58,154 nt of DNA from Fibrobacteria bacterium (GTDB lineage: Bacteria; Fibrobacterota; Chitinivibrionia; Chitinivibrionales; FEN-1185). The stretch's first letter is position 1. Each line of letters begins with the position of its first letter. The notes under the pieces are model-generated. The model did no database searches. It was not told where the DNA came from and saw nothing but the letters and a program-made list of their open reading frames with translations. Positions 30,290 to 40,300 of this stretch are shown piece by piece. A program made the translations under genes and the position numbers. The stretch is taken from NCBI GenBank assembly GCA_037447435.1, contig JBBIGR010000033.1:1-58154 (forward strand). Reading direction: 5' to 3'.

Positions 30290-30465
30290 TTTTCATCTTT
30301 TGCCTTTCCTTTAATAAGCGCTGCGCAAAGTGCGATGATCGCGCCGAGAGCGATAAAGGCAAGAGGAAAGGAATACAATACCGTGCCGATGCTGCTTGAA
30401 TTCGGATTGTAACCCTTTTTGATTTTAAGAACCCCGCGGGGAAATCTGATCGCTTTTTGGTTCAT
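30286..30465 (-). CDS. Small membrane-anchored peptide with a GYNPNSSS motif; candidate radical SAM substrate
   Basis: AAAGGTGA RBS; basic N-region, GYNPNSSSIG, one TM helix and a Lys-rich tail. Confidence 0.75.
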   Translation of the reverse strand: MNQKAIRFPRGVLKIKKGYNPNSSSIGTVLYSFPLAFIALGAIIALCAALIKGKAKDEK

Positions 30466-30507
30466 GTCGTCACCTTTTGACAAAGTGAATATCGAACAGC
30501 AAATTGA

Positions 30508-31734
30508 TTATATCGACCTCTTGGAAATCGACTGCCGATGCGTATAATCGAACACGAACGGGCATTCCGGATCCGGTGCAAAGAAATCGTTTGTATAGAA
30601 GCCTGCCGTTGCACGGCACCCGCAGCGGCACAAAGACAGATACCGACAAGACCGGCACGGTTTTTGTGCGGAAGCGACCAATTGACGGAAACGATTCAGG
30701 TGACGCGAAGCGCTCCATTGCTCGCCGATCTTCGACACCTGATCGTTATCGCTATTATCAACAAACGAACAGCCGGCAAAGACGCCGTCGCTTTTGACCG
30801 AAAGCAGCATATTGCCGGCGTCGCAACCGCTTACCGCGCATTTTTCGAGATCGCTTTTTTCCGGTTTATGATACAGTACTGCGGGAACAAACGAGCAATC
30901 GATTTTAAGTTCCAATGAATCGGGGCGATTGAAACGCATGAGCATCGGATAAAACGCCCGTATCATTTCCTGAGTGAGCGCGTTTGCGGCATACCATTGC
31001 TTCGCCCGTCCCGATGGTTTGATTTTAAGAAATTCAACTTCATTCAATCCTTCACGCGCCGCAAACTCGACGATTTTTTCGAGGAAGTAAAAATTATTCC
31101 GCGACACCACGCAGTTGATGCCGACCGATACCGCCGCATGTTTGAGCGCCCGGATTGCGTTTTCGATTTGTTCGAAGGATCCGTTCCTGCCGTTGACGGA
31201 GAAATCCTTCCCAACGGCGTCGCATGAGATATTCACTTGCCCCATGAGCTTGCAAATTTCAATTTCATGTTTTCCAATTGACAATCCGTTTGTCGTCAGG
31301 TTCGGAACCAGCCCGATTTCGCGGGAATACAGGACAATTTCATGCAAGTCGCTTCTTGTAAACGCTTCCCCGCCTCCCAGCGCGACATGAAACACTCCCA
31401 GATCGCGCAACGATTTCAATGAAGCCTTAAGCGCATCGGTGGAAAGTTCGGCGCATTCGGACGGTTGCGAGTCTTTATAACAGCCTAAGCATCCGTTGGA
31501 ACATCGATTGGTCACTGCCCAATGTACTTCGGTGGGGGCCGAAAGGAATGCCTCGCCCTGTCGGGCAATGCCTTTTTTCTCCCATAATGGGGACGCACAA
31601 TACCCGAGTTTGCGCATGAAGCCTTTATCGACCCATGCAAGAAACGGCGGATCTATCGACGAAATGATGCCGCCGAAAGACTCATAACGAACACGGTGTA
31701 TCGACGGTTCGGAAGTAGTATCGTTTTTTTTCAT
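30508..31734 (-). CDS. Radical SAM/SPASM maturase (PqqE/MftC-like) with an RRE-like N-terminus
   Basis: RYESFGG N-terminus, CSNGCLGC, and a full SPASM motif C-x12-G-x4-C...CxxC-x5-C-x3-C...DPEC. Confidence 0.9.
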   Translation of the reverse strand: MKKNDTTSEPSIHRVRYESFGGIISSIDPPFLAWVDKGFMRKLGYCASPLWEKKGIARQGEAFLSAPTEVHWAVTNRCSNGCLGCYKDSQPSECAELSTDALKASLKSLRDLGVFHVALGGGEAFTRSDLHEIVLYSREIGLVPNLTTNGLSIGKHEIEICKLMGQVNISCDAVGKDFSVNGRNGSFEQIENAIRALKHAAVSVGINCVVSRNNFYFLEKIVEFAAREGLNEVEFLKIKPSGRAKQWYAANALTQEMIRAFYPMLMRFNRPDSLELKIDCSFVPAVLYHKPEKSDLEKCAVSGCDAGNMLLSVKSDGVFAGCSFVDNSDNDQVSKIGEQWSASRHLNRFRQLVASAQKPCRSCRYLSLCRCGCRATAGFYTNDFFAPDPECPFVFDYTHRQSISKRSI

Positions 31735-31760
31735 ACTACAAAACCAATGCTTCGCAACAA

Positions 31761-32888
31761 TTACTCCACAAGAACAATTTTTTGAAGTGCATTCCGGTCG
31801 CGTGCCGCCCATTTGACGATGTACAGGCCTTTCATCAGGCCTGAGAGATCCAAGCGCATTTGTGCCGATGTCGATATGCCGCTCACAGCAACCTTTCCGT
31901 TGACATCTACGATCATATAGCGAGCGCCTACGGAGCTAACAATGGTAAACGTGTTCTTTCCCGGACCGTACGGTCCGTTTTTTTCCGCATTTTGAATTTT
32001 TTCTTTCACGTCGTTGGCTATCGGATTGATAATTGTGACAGCATCGACTATGGTTCCGTTGTTGTTTTTTGCAGTAAAAAGCAACGTGTCTTTCCGGGCG
32101 TCTATGATCGTATAATTATAGATCCCCCCATTATACCCTACCCACCATTTGCTTGCTACCGAATACAACGGAGCACCGGCACCGCCGGTTACCACATAAA
32201 TAGTTCCCGGAGTCTGTTTGATATTATAGGTGGTACCGCTGCCTACGGCAGCACCATTGAAAATCAATTTGCTCCGCTCATATTCATGGTCGTGCCCGGC
32301 AAAGCACATAGTGACATGGTATTGATCGCACAGACTACGGTACTGCGTAACGGCAGCTCCGCTCGATGTCGTTCCATCGGCGCCATGCCCCGACCCCGAA
32401 CTATAAATCGGATAATGATTGAATATAAAACGCCACGTAGCGGCCTGGGATGCCGCGGAACTCAACTGTTGACTGAGCCAGGCGTATCCGCCGTTCGCGC
32501 TGGGGTCCATTCCGCAGGAAACAAAAAAACAATTACCTTGTGTAAATGAATATTCTTCGCTGTTATTCCGGACAACGCTCGGGGAAAGTGCGGACAGCGA
32601 ACTGAAACTTTCGTGATTACCGCGCGAAACCAGATATTTATTCGCAGAAAGCAATCCATTGGTAACCGAGTTTGCTTTTATCGCATTCAGCCACGACGAG
32701 GCCGATGCCGAGCCCCAGCAATCGCCGACATGCAAGACCACCTCGGGATTTTCGGCACCGACTTTATTAGTGATCGAGGTAAAAGTATTCATGTCGTCCC
32801 TACTGTCGCCATAAGCGACGAATTTTGTCGAAAATGCGCTTTTTGCCATGAATAACACCAATATGCTTACGACAAATATCGAACGCAT
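31761..32888 (-). CDS. Secreted metallophosphoesterase (purple acid phosphatase-like) with a T9SS-type CTD
   Basis: YGD, GD, GNHE, GHDHEYERS, GGAGA motifs; C-terminal LMKGLYIVK. Confidence 0.88.
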   Translation of the reverse strand: MRSIFVVSILVLFMAKSAFSTKFVAYGDSRDDMNTFTSITNKVGAENPEVVLHVGDCWGSASASSWLNAIKANSVTNGLLSANKYLVSRGNHESFSSLSALSPSVVRNNSEEYSFTQGNCFFVSCGMDPSANGGYAWLSQQLSSAASQAATWRFIFNHYPIYSSGSGHGADGTTSSGAAVTQYRSLCDQYHVTMCFAGHDHEYERSKLIFNGAAVGSGTTYNIKQTPGTIYVVTGGAGAPLYSVASKWWVGYNGGIYNYTIIDARKDTLLFTAKNNNGTIVDAVTIINPIANDVKEKIQNAEKNGPYGPGKNTFTIVSSVGARYMIVDVNGKVAVSGISTSAQMRLDLSGLMKGLYIVKWAARDRNALQKIVLVE

Positions 32889-33167
32889 AAAACCTCCTTG
32901 ACCCATTAAGGTATAGTATTGTACCTAGTATACCACCGTTATTTCAATTATTCCCGTTTATTTCAAAAACTGCCGCGATTATTTATTAAAAACAATAAAA
33001 GGTGTATACATGTTTAATAGCTTTCACCTATTAATATAATCAATCAAATTTTAATATCAATTATAATTTCATTTTTTTTGTATACACTTGAACTGTGAAG
33101 AAATGCTCTGAAAAAACATTGGAACAGGAAAATCCCAGGTCGTACAAAGCGCGGATGAGGTTATTCC

Positions 33168-34004
33168 TTAAACTCCTTCTTGGGATAGTGGAAACAGCTG
33201 AATATTGATCTGCGCAACTCTGTCGGCAGCGTCATCAGTATCAACAATTTGCAGCAGTTCTTCGCGGAATTCCTGGATACGCCGTTTTAACGTATCGAAC
33301 CCTTTGCCCGACACCTTGACCGTGCATGCGGAAAATTCACGTTTTTCGGGAGGAAACGTATCAAGGGATTTCCGGGCAAGCTCAATCATTGCGCAATGAT
33401 ATTTTTTGACCACAAAGGAATTCAATTCATCGGGCGTATTTATCAGGGAAGCGGACTGGCGATACCGCTTATGGGAATCGATGCTCAGCAATCCGATTCG
33501 CGTAAGCGTGTTCAATGCTTTTTTCACCTGTTTGGGAAGCACCGGCGGAATGATTTTTTTTGCCAATTCCCGGTGATCCAAGGTAGATGCGATTTTCCCT
33601 TCAACCATTTCCCGGACGACTATAGTATACCAGTCGTTATAATATTCATATTGGCTCGGCTGAATCGTGGCAACAAGCTTTGCCGCTCGAAGCGAGGTTA
33701 TGAGGCCGAAATAATAGTTTTTGTCTAGTATCGTCTTTGCTTTTCTGAAAAATACGAGATACGAGAAATACCGGGCTTCGTTCTTTTTTAATCCAACGCC
33801 CTCGATTACTTTTTTAACACTGTTTTTTCCGATTTCCCTCTCGCCGTCGATGACCAATTTAAGAAAATTGGGTGAGGTAAAACCCATACTCCTTGCCATG
33901 GTTCGAAAGGAAAACTCCGGGTCTGCATCTTTAAACGTTCGATAATAATCGGCAAGAAAGGTGCGATAATCGGTATACGCGTAAATATCGGGTATGCGTT
34001 TCAT
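33168..34004 (-). CDS. TIGR02147 family protein (DUF4423; putative regulator)
   Basis: YTDYRTFLADYY, FSFR...GFTS, WY..VVRE, QINIQLFPLS. Confidence 0.88.
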   Translation of the reverse strand: MKRIPDIYAYTDYRTFLADYYRTFKDADPEFSFRTMARSMGFTSPNFLKLVIDGEREIGKNSVKKVIEGVGLKKNEARYFSYLVFFRKAKTILDKNYYFGLITSLRAAKLVATIQPSQYEYYNDWYTIVVREMVEGKIASTLDHRELAKKIIPPVLPKQVKKALNTLTRIGLLSIDSHKRYRQSASLINTPDELNSFVVKKYHCAMIELARKSLDTFPPEKREFSACTVKVSGKGFDTLKRRIQEFREELLQIVDTDDAADRVAQINIQLFPLSQEGV

Positions 34005-34139
34005 TTTTTGATTTTTGCTCCTGCGCTTGAAAAAGTATACGTCATTTTAGACGATTTTTCAACGCATTTTTAAACTATTTCGTATACGATACGCACTCGA
34101 TGACGAGTATAAAAGAAGAGCGGTTTAACCAAATGCCTG

Positions 34140-34753
34140 TTACGGCGCGGATGTGCCATTGCCCGCACAACGGGTATATTGTTTTTCAGCCTCGGCGATT
34201 CGATTGCGGCGCAACAATGCATTTGTAATCATTGCCCGTACGGACCGCGCAATACGAACCGATTGACAGAAATAAAAAGAGTGCCATAAGCGACTCGCTT
34301 CTGAACGAAACGCAGCCTGCAGGGACAGCAGCGAGCGGCTGAACGCCAAAGAGTAATACAACGCTCCACCGTTCCAAACGCGAAAGCGGCAAGAAACAAT
34401 TTAGAAAAAACGGTGCCGCAAATGCTGCGGCGCAAAAAATAGCGAGATTGGTACAATGGTATCCAGGCGCCCAGGAGTTGTAGATAGCGGCGTCGAGGCT
34501 ATGAAAAAAGCGTTACCGCCGGACGATAGAATCCACTCGATGCGAAAGGGGTTAAAAAGGCGTGCATCCATTGCGACAGCGGAACAAGGGCGCGCCCGTC
34601 TTCGATGTCGCCGTGATCGAGCCAAATAAAACCGTTTGCCATATACGTGCAGTGCGCGGCAATGAGAACCGCCACGCACGAAACAGCCAAGACAGCGTCG
34701 GGTTTTATTCTCTTTAAGAAAGACCGTATGTCGTACTTGTTGATTTTAGGCAC
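34140..34753 (-). pseudogene. TMTC/PMT-like TPR glycosyltransferase remnant
   Basis: FIWLD...FYRP, frameshift at the A6 tract 34504-34509, then SLD...GYH.TN and LFGVQP...SFRSE, then a jump to a TPR-like tail. Confidence 0.7.
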
Positions 34754-35014
34754 ATGGATCCTTACAAACAAGGAACGCCGAACAGTGAAAATAATCCGCG
34801 GCATTGCTTATTGCTAACTAAGAATTTAATTTCGGCAAAATGCGTTTGCGCGCAGAAACGGTTCATTTGCCCTTGCAAGGCATTTTATGAAGATAGTATG
34901 TTTTTTCGGAATAATGCGAACGCGGGAACCTATTTTAATACTCGTAACGGCAGCATTGCAAATTCGTGCTATAGCAGCCAAAAAAATCACATTCAGTTTC
35001 AAGGGAGCGTTTCA

Positions 35015-35326
35015 ATGGGAAATAAGTTGTATGTTGGAAATTTGGCCTATAGTATGGGTGATGCAGACATCAAAGCATTGTTTGAACCGTACGGCTCGGT
35101 TGCTTCTGCAACCGTGATCATGGATCGTGAAACAGGCCGTTCAAAAGGCTTCGGATTTATTGAAATGGGATCCGACCAGGAAGCCCAGGCCGCGATCGCT
35201 GCCTGCAATGGCAAAGAAATCGAAGGCCGTGCTTTGACCGTTAATGAAGCCCGTCCGAAGACCGAAGGCGGAAGCCGCGGCGGAAGAAGCGGTGGCGGTT
35301 ACGGTGGCGGCGGCAAGCGCTGGTAA
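35015..35326 (+). CDS. RRM RNA-binding protein with a Gly-rich tail
   Basis: KLYVGNL (RNP2), KGFGFIEM (RNP1), VNEARP. Confidence 0.95.
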   Translation: MGNKLYVGNLAYSMGDADIKALFEPYGSVASATVIMDRETGRSKGFGFIEMGSDQEAQAAIAACNGKEIEGRALTVNEARPKTEGGSRGGRSGGGYGGGGKRW

Positions 35327-35389
35327 TTTATCCATCTGTAAATAAAATTGATTTAGGCTAATCGCCTTAATTGATTTAGGATCAATACG

Positions 35390-35425
35390 AAAGCCCCGTT
35401 TCTTGCAAAAGAAACGGGGCTTTTT
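35390..35425. terminator. Intrinsic terminator between convergent genes
   Basis: AAAGCCCCGTTTCTT-gcaa-AAGAAACGGGGCTTTTT. Confidence 0.85.
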
Positions 35426-35466
35426 ATTTCTATACCGACCAACTTCTTCATCATTGCCCTCCGCTG

Positions 35467-37266
35467 CTATTGAATAACCATCGGAAGCGCATGCCGCGCT
35501 CCTTTTACAGTTGCTCGCACGACGTATACTCCTGCAGGTAAAACGTTTTTTTTCACGTTTTTTAACTCGACCCTATTATTCCCTTTATTACCCCGCATGC
35601 CCATAGTTTCAATACATTTTCCATTTGCCGAAAAAATGCCGACATCAATGTCTTGTGCCTGACTCAACGAGAATAAAAGCGTTGTTCCGAAAATGCCGAA
35701 GAACGGTGCGGAATATGAGGCCACCGATACCGCTGGCCGGCTTATGCCGACCATGTTTGCATAGCCGATATTGACAAGCGCCTGGGGGCCGAGACGTTCC
35801 TGCAGTTGTGCAAGATACAGACTTTTTGGCGCGACCGTCGCGTTAAAATGATCGTAAATTCCGTCGGAGTCGCCCCCGTTCGAAGTTTTTGTTCCATGTC
35901 CGCCGATGGCCCAGTTAATACTGCCGGGAGCATTTGACACAAGAAAATATGGCGTTTCGACATTCCAGGCAACCGACCAACCTGTTGTCCAACCATGCCC
36001 CGACCCCATTATGCCGCGGTTCCGAAACGAAATTCCTTGAGCATTTGAAGGCGCACTTGGCAATGAGTCGCAATCCGCTAGAATGCCGGTCGTCCATCGC
36101 ATATGCGGCGAGATACCGGTATTCTGGGTGGATCTGAAATTCAGTACGACAACAGGCCCTGTACCGACTGATCCCGTAGACCAGCTCCAGGATCCTTTGC
36201 CGTTTGCCTGGCATTTGTCAAAAAGAATTTGTGTTCCAACGCAGCGAAAGTCCATTGGGAGAGCAGGGTTGGTTGAAACAACAGTGTGGTTGACGGCTAC
36301 ATTTTCAATAGTCAACCGCCTGGTATTTTTTTCCACATAAAAACAATTGACGCCATCCTGAATGACTATATTCTTTACCCAGCAATCGATGGCGGCATTA
36401 ACGTCGAATGAGGAAAACGAACCAGTATCTGCGGGTGCCACTATTTTAAGGTCTTCAACACCGGTTTGAGAGATTCTTCCGGAATAGGTATACTTTGCAA
36501 CGGTCCCCACCGGACTTCCAAGATATTGGGAATCAAAAGCATCGGATAGCGGCGCATCAAATGAAATTTTATTGCCATTGATCGCAACGATCGTGCGGTC
36601 GGTGGTGATTTTCGTTCCAACGGCGAGCCATGTCTGATTCGCGCTGTCGCGGACAAGGCTGTCCATTCCCACATAATGAACCCAGGCAGCCGTTACTGTT
36701 TTTGAAATGAGAACATTGTCGCCTACGGTAAACCCCGCTGCGCTGCTCACGTCGACAGACATTGCGCCGCTCGCAACAAAAGCGTCGGTAATATTCACGG
36801 TGTTGCTTGCCGAATAAGACCCTGATCCAGCAATATTGAAAAGCGAACCGCCGGTTGCGTTTATGATAGTACCTGCTGTGCCGCTTCCGCTGCCGCGGAC
36901 AACAACGCCGCTCGCATTTATCATCACCGGTCCGCTTGTTTTGAACGTGCCTGCGGACAAAATCACGGCACCTCGGAACCCGTTTTCCAGCGGCATGGCC
37001 GCTACTTGATTTATGGCATTCTGTATTGCGGTTTTATCGTCCCCGCCGGAAGGGGTTACCGTCACTTTTGCCGGAACATCGGGAAGTGCCACGCCGCCTG
37101 CCATATAGCCGGCAGTGGAAAAATCCATGATGCGATTGCCTTTTGCATCTGCTTTGTAAACGAGCTTGCCGTCGCTACCGAAATGCACCCAATCTGCTTG
37201 GGCAAAACAAATGCTTTTGGAAAAAACAATAATAAATGGCAGTAGTAGCGTAAAACCTTTGATCAT
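35467..37266 (-). CDS. Secreted pectate-lyase-like beta-helix protein with a T9SS-type CTD
   Basis: MDFSTAGY, DDKTAIQNAI, PHMRWTTG, GSGHGW, SLYLAQL; C-terminal LPAGVYVVR. Confidence 0.8.
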   Translation of the reverse strand: MIKGFTLLLPFIIVFSKSICFAQADWVHFGSDGKLVYKADAKGNRIMDFSTAGYMAGGVALPDVPAKVTVTPSGGDDKTAIQNAINQVAAMPLENGFRGAVILSAGTFKTSGPVMINASGVVVRGSGSGTAGTIINATGGSLFNIAGSGSYSASNTVNITDAFVASGAMSVDVSSAAGFTVGDNVLISKTVTAAWVHYVGMDSLVRDSANQTWLAVGTKITTDRTIVAINGNKISFDAPLSDAFDSQYLGSPVGTVAKYTYSGRISQTGVEDLKIVAPADTGSFSSFDVNAAIDCWVKNIVIQDGVNCFYVEKNTRRLTIENVAVNHTVVSTNPALPMDFRCVGTQILFDKCQANGKGSWSWSTGSVGTGPVVVLNFRSTQNTGISPHMRWTTGILADCDSLPSAPSNAQGISFRNRGIMGSGHGWTTGWSVAWNVETPYFLVSNAPGSINWAIGGHGTKTSNGGDSDGIYDHFNATVAPKSLYLAQLQERLGPQALVNIGYANMVGISRPAVSVASYSAPFFGIFGTTLLFSLSQAQDIDVGIFSANGKCIETMGMRGNKGNNRVELKNVKKNVLPAGVYVVRATVKGARHALPMVIQ

Positions 37267-37342
37267 AGTCCCCTCCATGATTACCGGTATGCCGTATTTT
37301 AATTATACAACGGTTCTTGGGAAATCACAAGATACCATACGA

Positions 37343-40300
37343 TTATCTTGCCAAAATCATGATTTTGGATTTTGAAAACTGCGGCGTTCCAATGCGGTAA
37401 ATATAGGGGCCTGAGGCAACACTTTGATTGCGAGCGTCTTTTGCGTCCCAGCCGATACGGTAAAAGCCGACGTCTTGTTTTTGGGCATTGACAAGCTTTC
37501 GGATCAAACGGCCTTGCAGGGTATATACGTATAAATCGACTTTGGTTTTGACCGGTAACGCATAGCGGATCATTGTGGCAAGACGAAACGGGTTTGGGTA
37601 ATTGCCGCTCAGCTCGAAAACAAGCGGCACGGCGCGGCGAGGAAGTGCCTCGGCATAGTCCTTGTACAACGAGGTGTTTTGCGTATAGTCTATCGCTTCG
37701 ATTTTATATTCGTATCGGATATCGTTTAACACACGATAATCGACAAACGAATAGTTTCGGGGTCCTACGGACTTTCCTTGCGCAGCACCCCGGATTATTC
37801 CGCCGGAATTCACCGCAACCCACCCGGTATCTTCCTGTTTTACAAATCCCTTGCGCAAATAGGAAATGACGGGGTCCGACGTATCGGCCTTCGACGAGGC
37901 GTTGCTTGCAATCGCCGAATCCAAAAACGCGGGCTTTATGCGCCGGTAAAGATTAAACCCGAGGTTTTGCAATTCGCTTTCTGTGCGCCAACGCAACGTG
38001 TCGTTGCGATCGCCCGGAAACGCAATAAACCGGTCCATGGTAACGGCCAAGGTCTTGTCGTACGATATATACACATTGGTATTTGTGCAAAACGTTTGAT
38101 TGAGCTGCACTATGACTTCCTGCCTGGTTTTGTTTAAATAAACGTTATATCCGTAATTTTTGGCGAGAAGTTTTTCGGATCCCGATGGTCCGACAAGCAC
38201 ATATTGCGGTTCGGTTGCCGATGTATAATTGGTTATTCGAAATGCGGGATTATACCGGCACGAAGTATCGGCCGCGCTTGCAAGCACCGTAAATTGCACC
38301 GTGTTGTTGGTCGCCGAAATGATATAGGCCCCCTCGCCTTCCGAAAAGCCGTTGGTATCGAGATCACCCCAGGTATGTTTTTGCAACACGCCGTTGCCGT
38401 TCAGTATTGTCAATGCCGGGTTCTGGAAATGCTGCACCGAACAACCGATGGAATCGATGCGGCCGCTGGTCACGTTGGTTTGTTGAAGGTCGGCATACAA
38501 TGCAAATTGCACCGGAACATTTCCCCACATGGTGTCCGGATTCGTCGTTGCGTCATAAAATTCAACACCGAGTCTGCCGTTGTTGGCAATTGACCGAAGC
38601 GTATCGGCAACCCACGGTTGCGCCCATATGCCGCGGCTGTTTCTAAATCCCGTTTTTGCAGAGACAAAATCGGGCATTGTCGTCGAATGAAAACCGCCGC
38701 GCAATTTTGAATGCGGCGTCGGAAGCGTTATGGTCGGCAAATTCAGCGAGTCTTCGTAAAAACCGGTCCAGACGCTTTTAACCGCACCGCTTAAATAAGA
38801 TATGCTATCCCATCTCCAGATTTGACCGGTCGGGTATATTGCCCACCGGGTATCGATATGGAAGGAATCGGTTGAATTTTTTACTTTGCGCGTGTAAAGG
38901 TCCAGCAACACTCTGACGCTTGAACTCTCGGCAATCGAATAGGTAAATGCCGAATCCACGTCTTTATTGGACGTGGGAGTGTTTGAGTTTGCCAATCTGA
39001 TGCCGATCTGACCGAACGAGCCGCTGTAGCCGGCATTATACCCAGGGACGCAATTGATGTTTGCATTCGTATCGAGAAGCGCGCTGGGATTGGTGACCGA
39101 CGAGGAATAATACCACATTTCGCCGTTTTTCGTATTTGTCGCATTACCGTATGTCATTTTCCAATCGAAGAAGAAATTATTGGTCGCCGACGTGCCGAAG
39201 TAATTCCCGGAAAAGTTTTTCACCCATACATGGTTTGCGGTCCCGACCGTTGCCTGGCCCCACAGCATTTGCGGCATCGTCGTCATTGCGGATTGGCCTA
39301 TCGCGCTGTTGCCGACGAAAATCGTCGAGTTGGCATTGATTGTCCGGTTGAACCCGACCGTGAGGGTACGGACGCTTTGGTCGAGGGCGGTAAAGTAATC
39401 GGTCCCGTTTGACAATAATTGCGAATCGACATACACGTTCGTCGGCGGATTGTTGCTCGACCAATAATTTGCGATTTGAAATACCGGCAGGATCCTGTTG
39501 CTGTTAACGCCGTGCATCAGGCATTGCATTTGTCCGTTATTGTCGGCGCGGACGCTGTACATGCCGAGATCGGGTGAATAGCCCTTTAAATAAATTGCCT
39601 TGATTTCCTGATCGGTCAGGTTATATTGATAAAATCGCATGTCGTCAAGAACGCCGTTGAACGATGCGCCCATGGTCACCGAATCCGTACTGCCTGCCGG
39701 GTATCCGGAGCCGAGGGTTTTCATAGTATCGAGATTACCGTTAATGAATAGTTTCATCGTATCTTGCTGCCAGGTCTCTTCCGCCGCAACATGATACCAT
39801 TGTCCCGGATCAAGAACCGTTACTCCGGGTAAAGTCCGTGTCGACGAACCGTTGCCAACCGCAAAAGCGGCTGCACCGCCTGCGTATCCGGACAGATTAT
39901 ACCCTGTTGTCGAATTTCTTTGCCGGAAAAGCATGGTCGCGGCGGTCATGGGTACGGCGGGCTTTACCCAACCCATTATTGTAAACCCGCGCGAAGCATT
40001 GTTGAAATTCGCGGAAGCGCCCGGCCATACCCGGATACTGTCGGTACCGTCCAAACTGTCGCCGTTACCCCACATGCCGCTTGTCCATTTGCCGCCTCCG
40101 CGGATAGTGCCGGCATAGCCGTTTCCCGAAATACTTGCACTGGCGTCGAAAGCCGTGTCCCCGGATTTTTCGTCCATTTTCCAATGTCCTACAAGATATT
40201 TCTCCCAGGCTTTTTCGCACAGCGCAGTGCCGGCAAACCAGCCCAGTGTGTCCGAATTGCGGTAATCGTTGATGTATTTCCACGCGGCGGCGCTGTCGTG

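Noticed and set aside
606..31734. Five radical SAM genes as one biosynthetic cluster
   Set aside because: They belong to different subfamilies, lie on different strands and are separated by unrelated genes.
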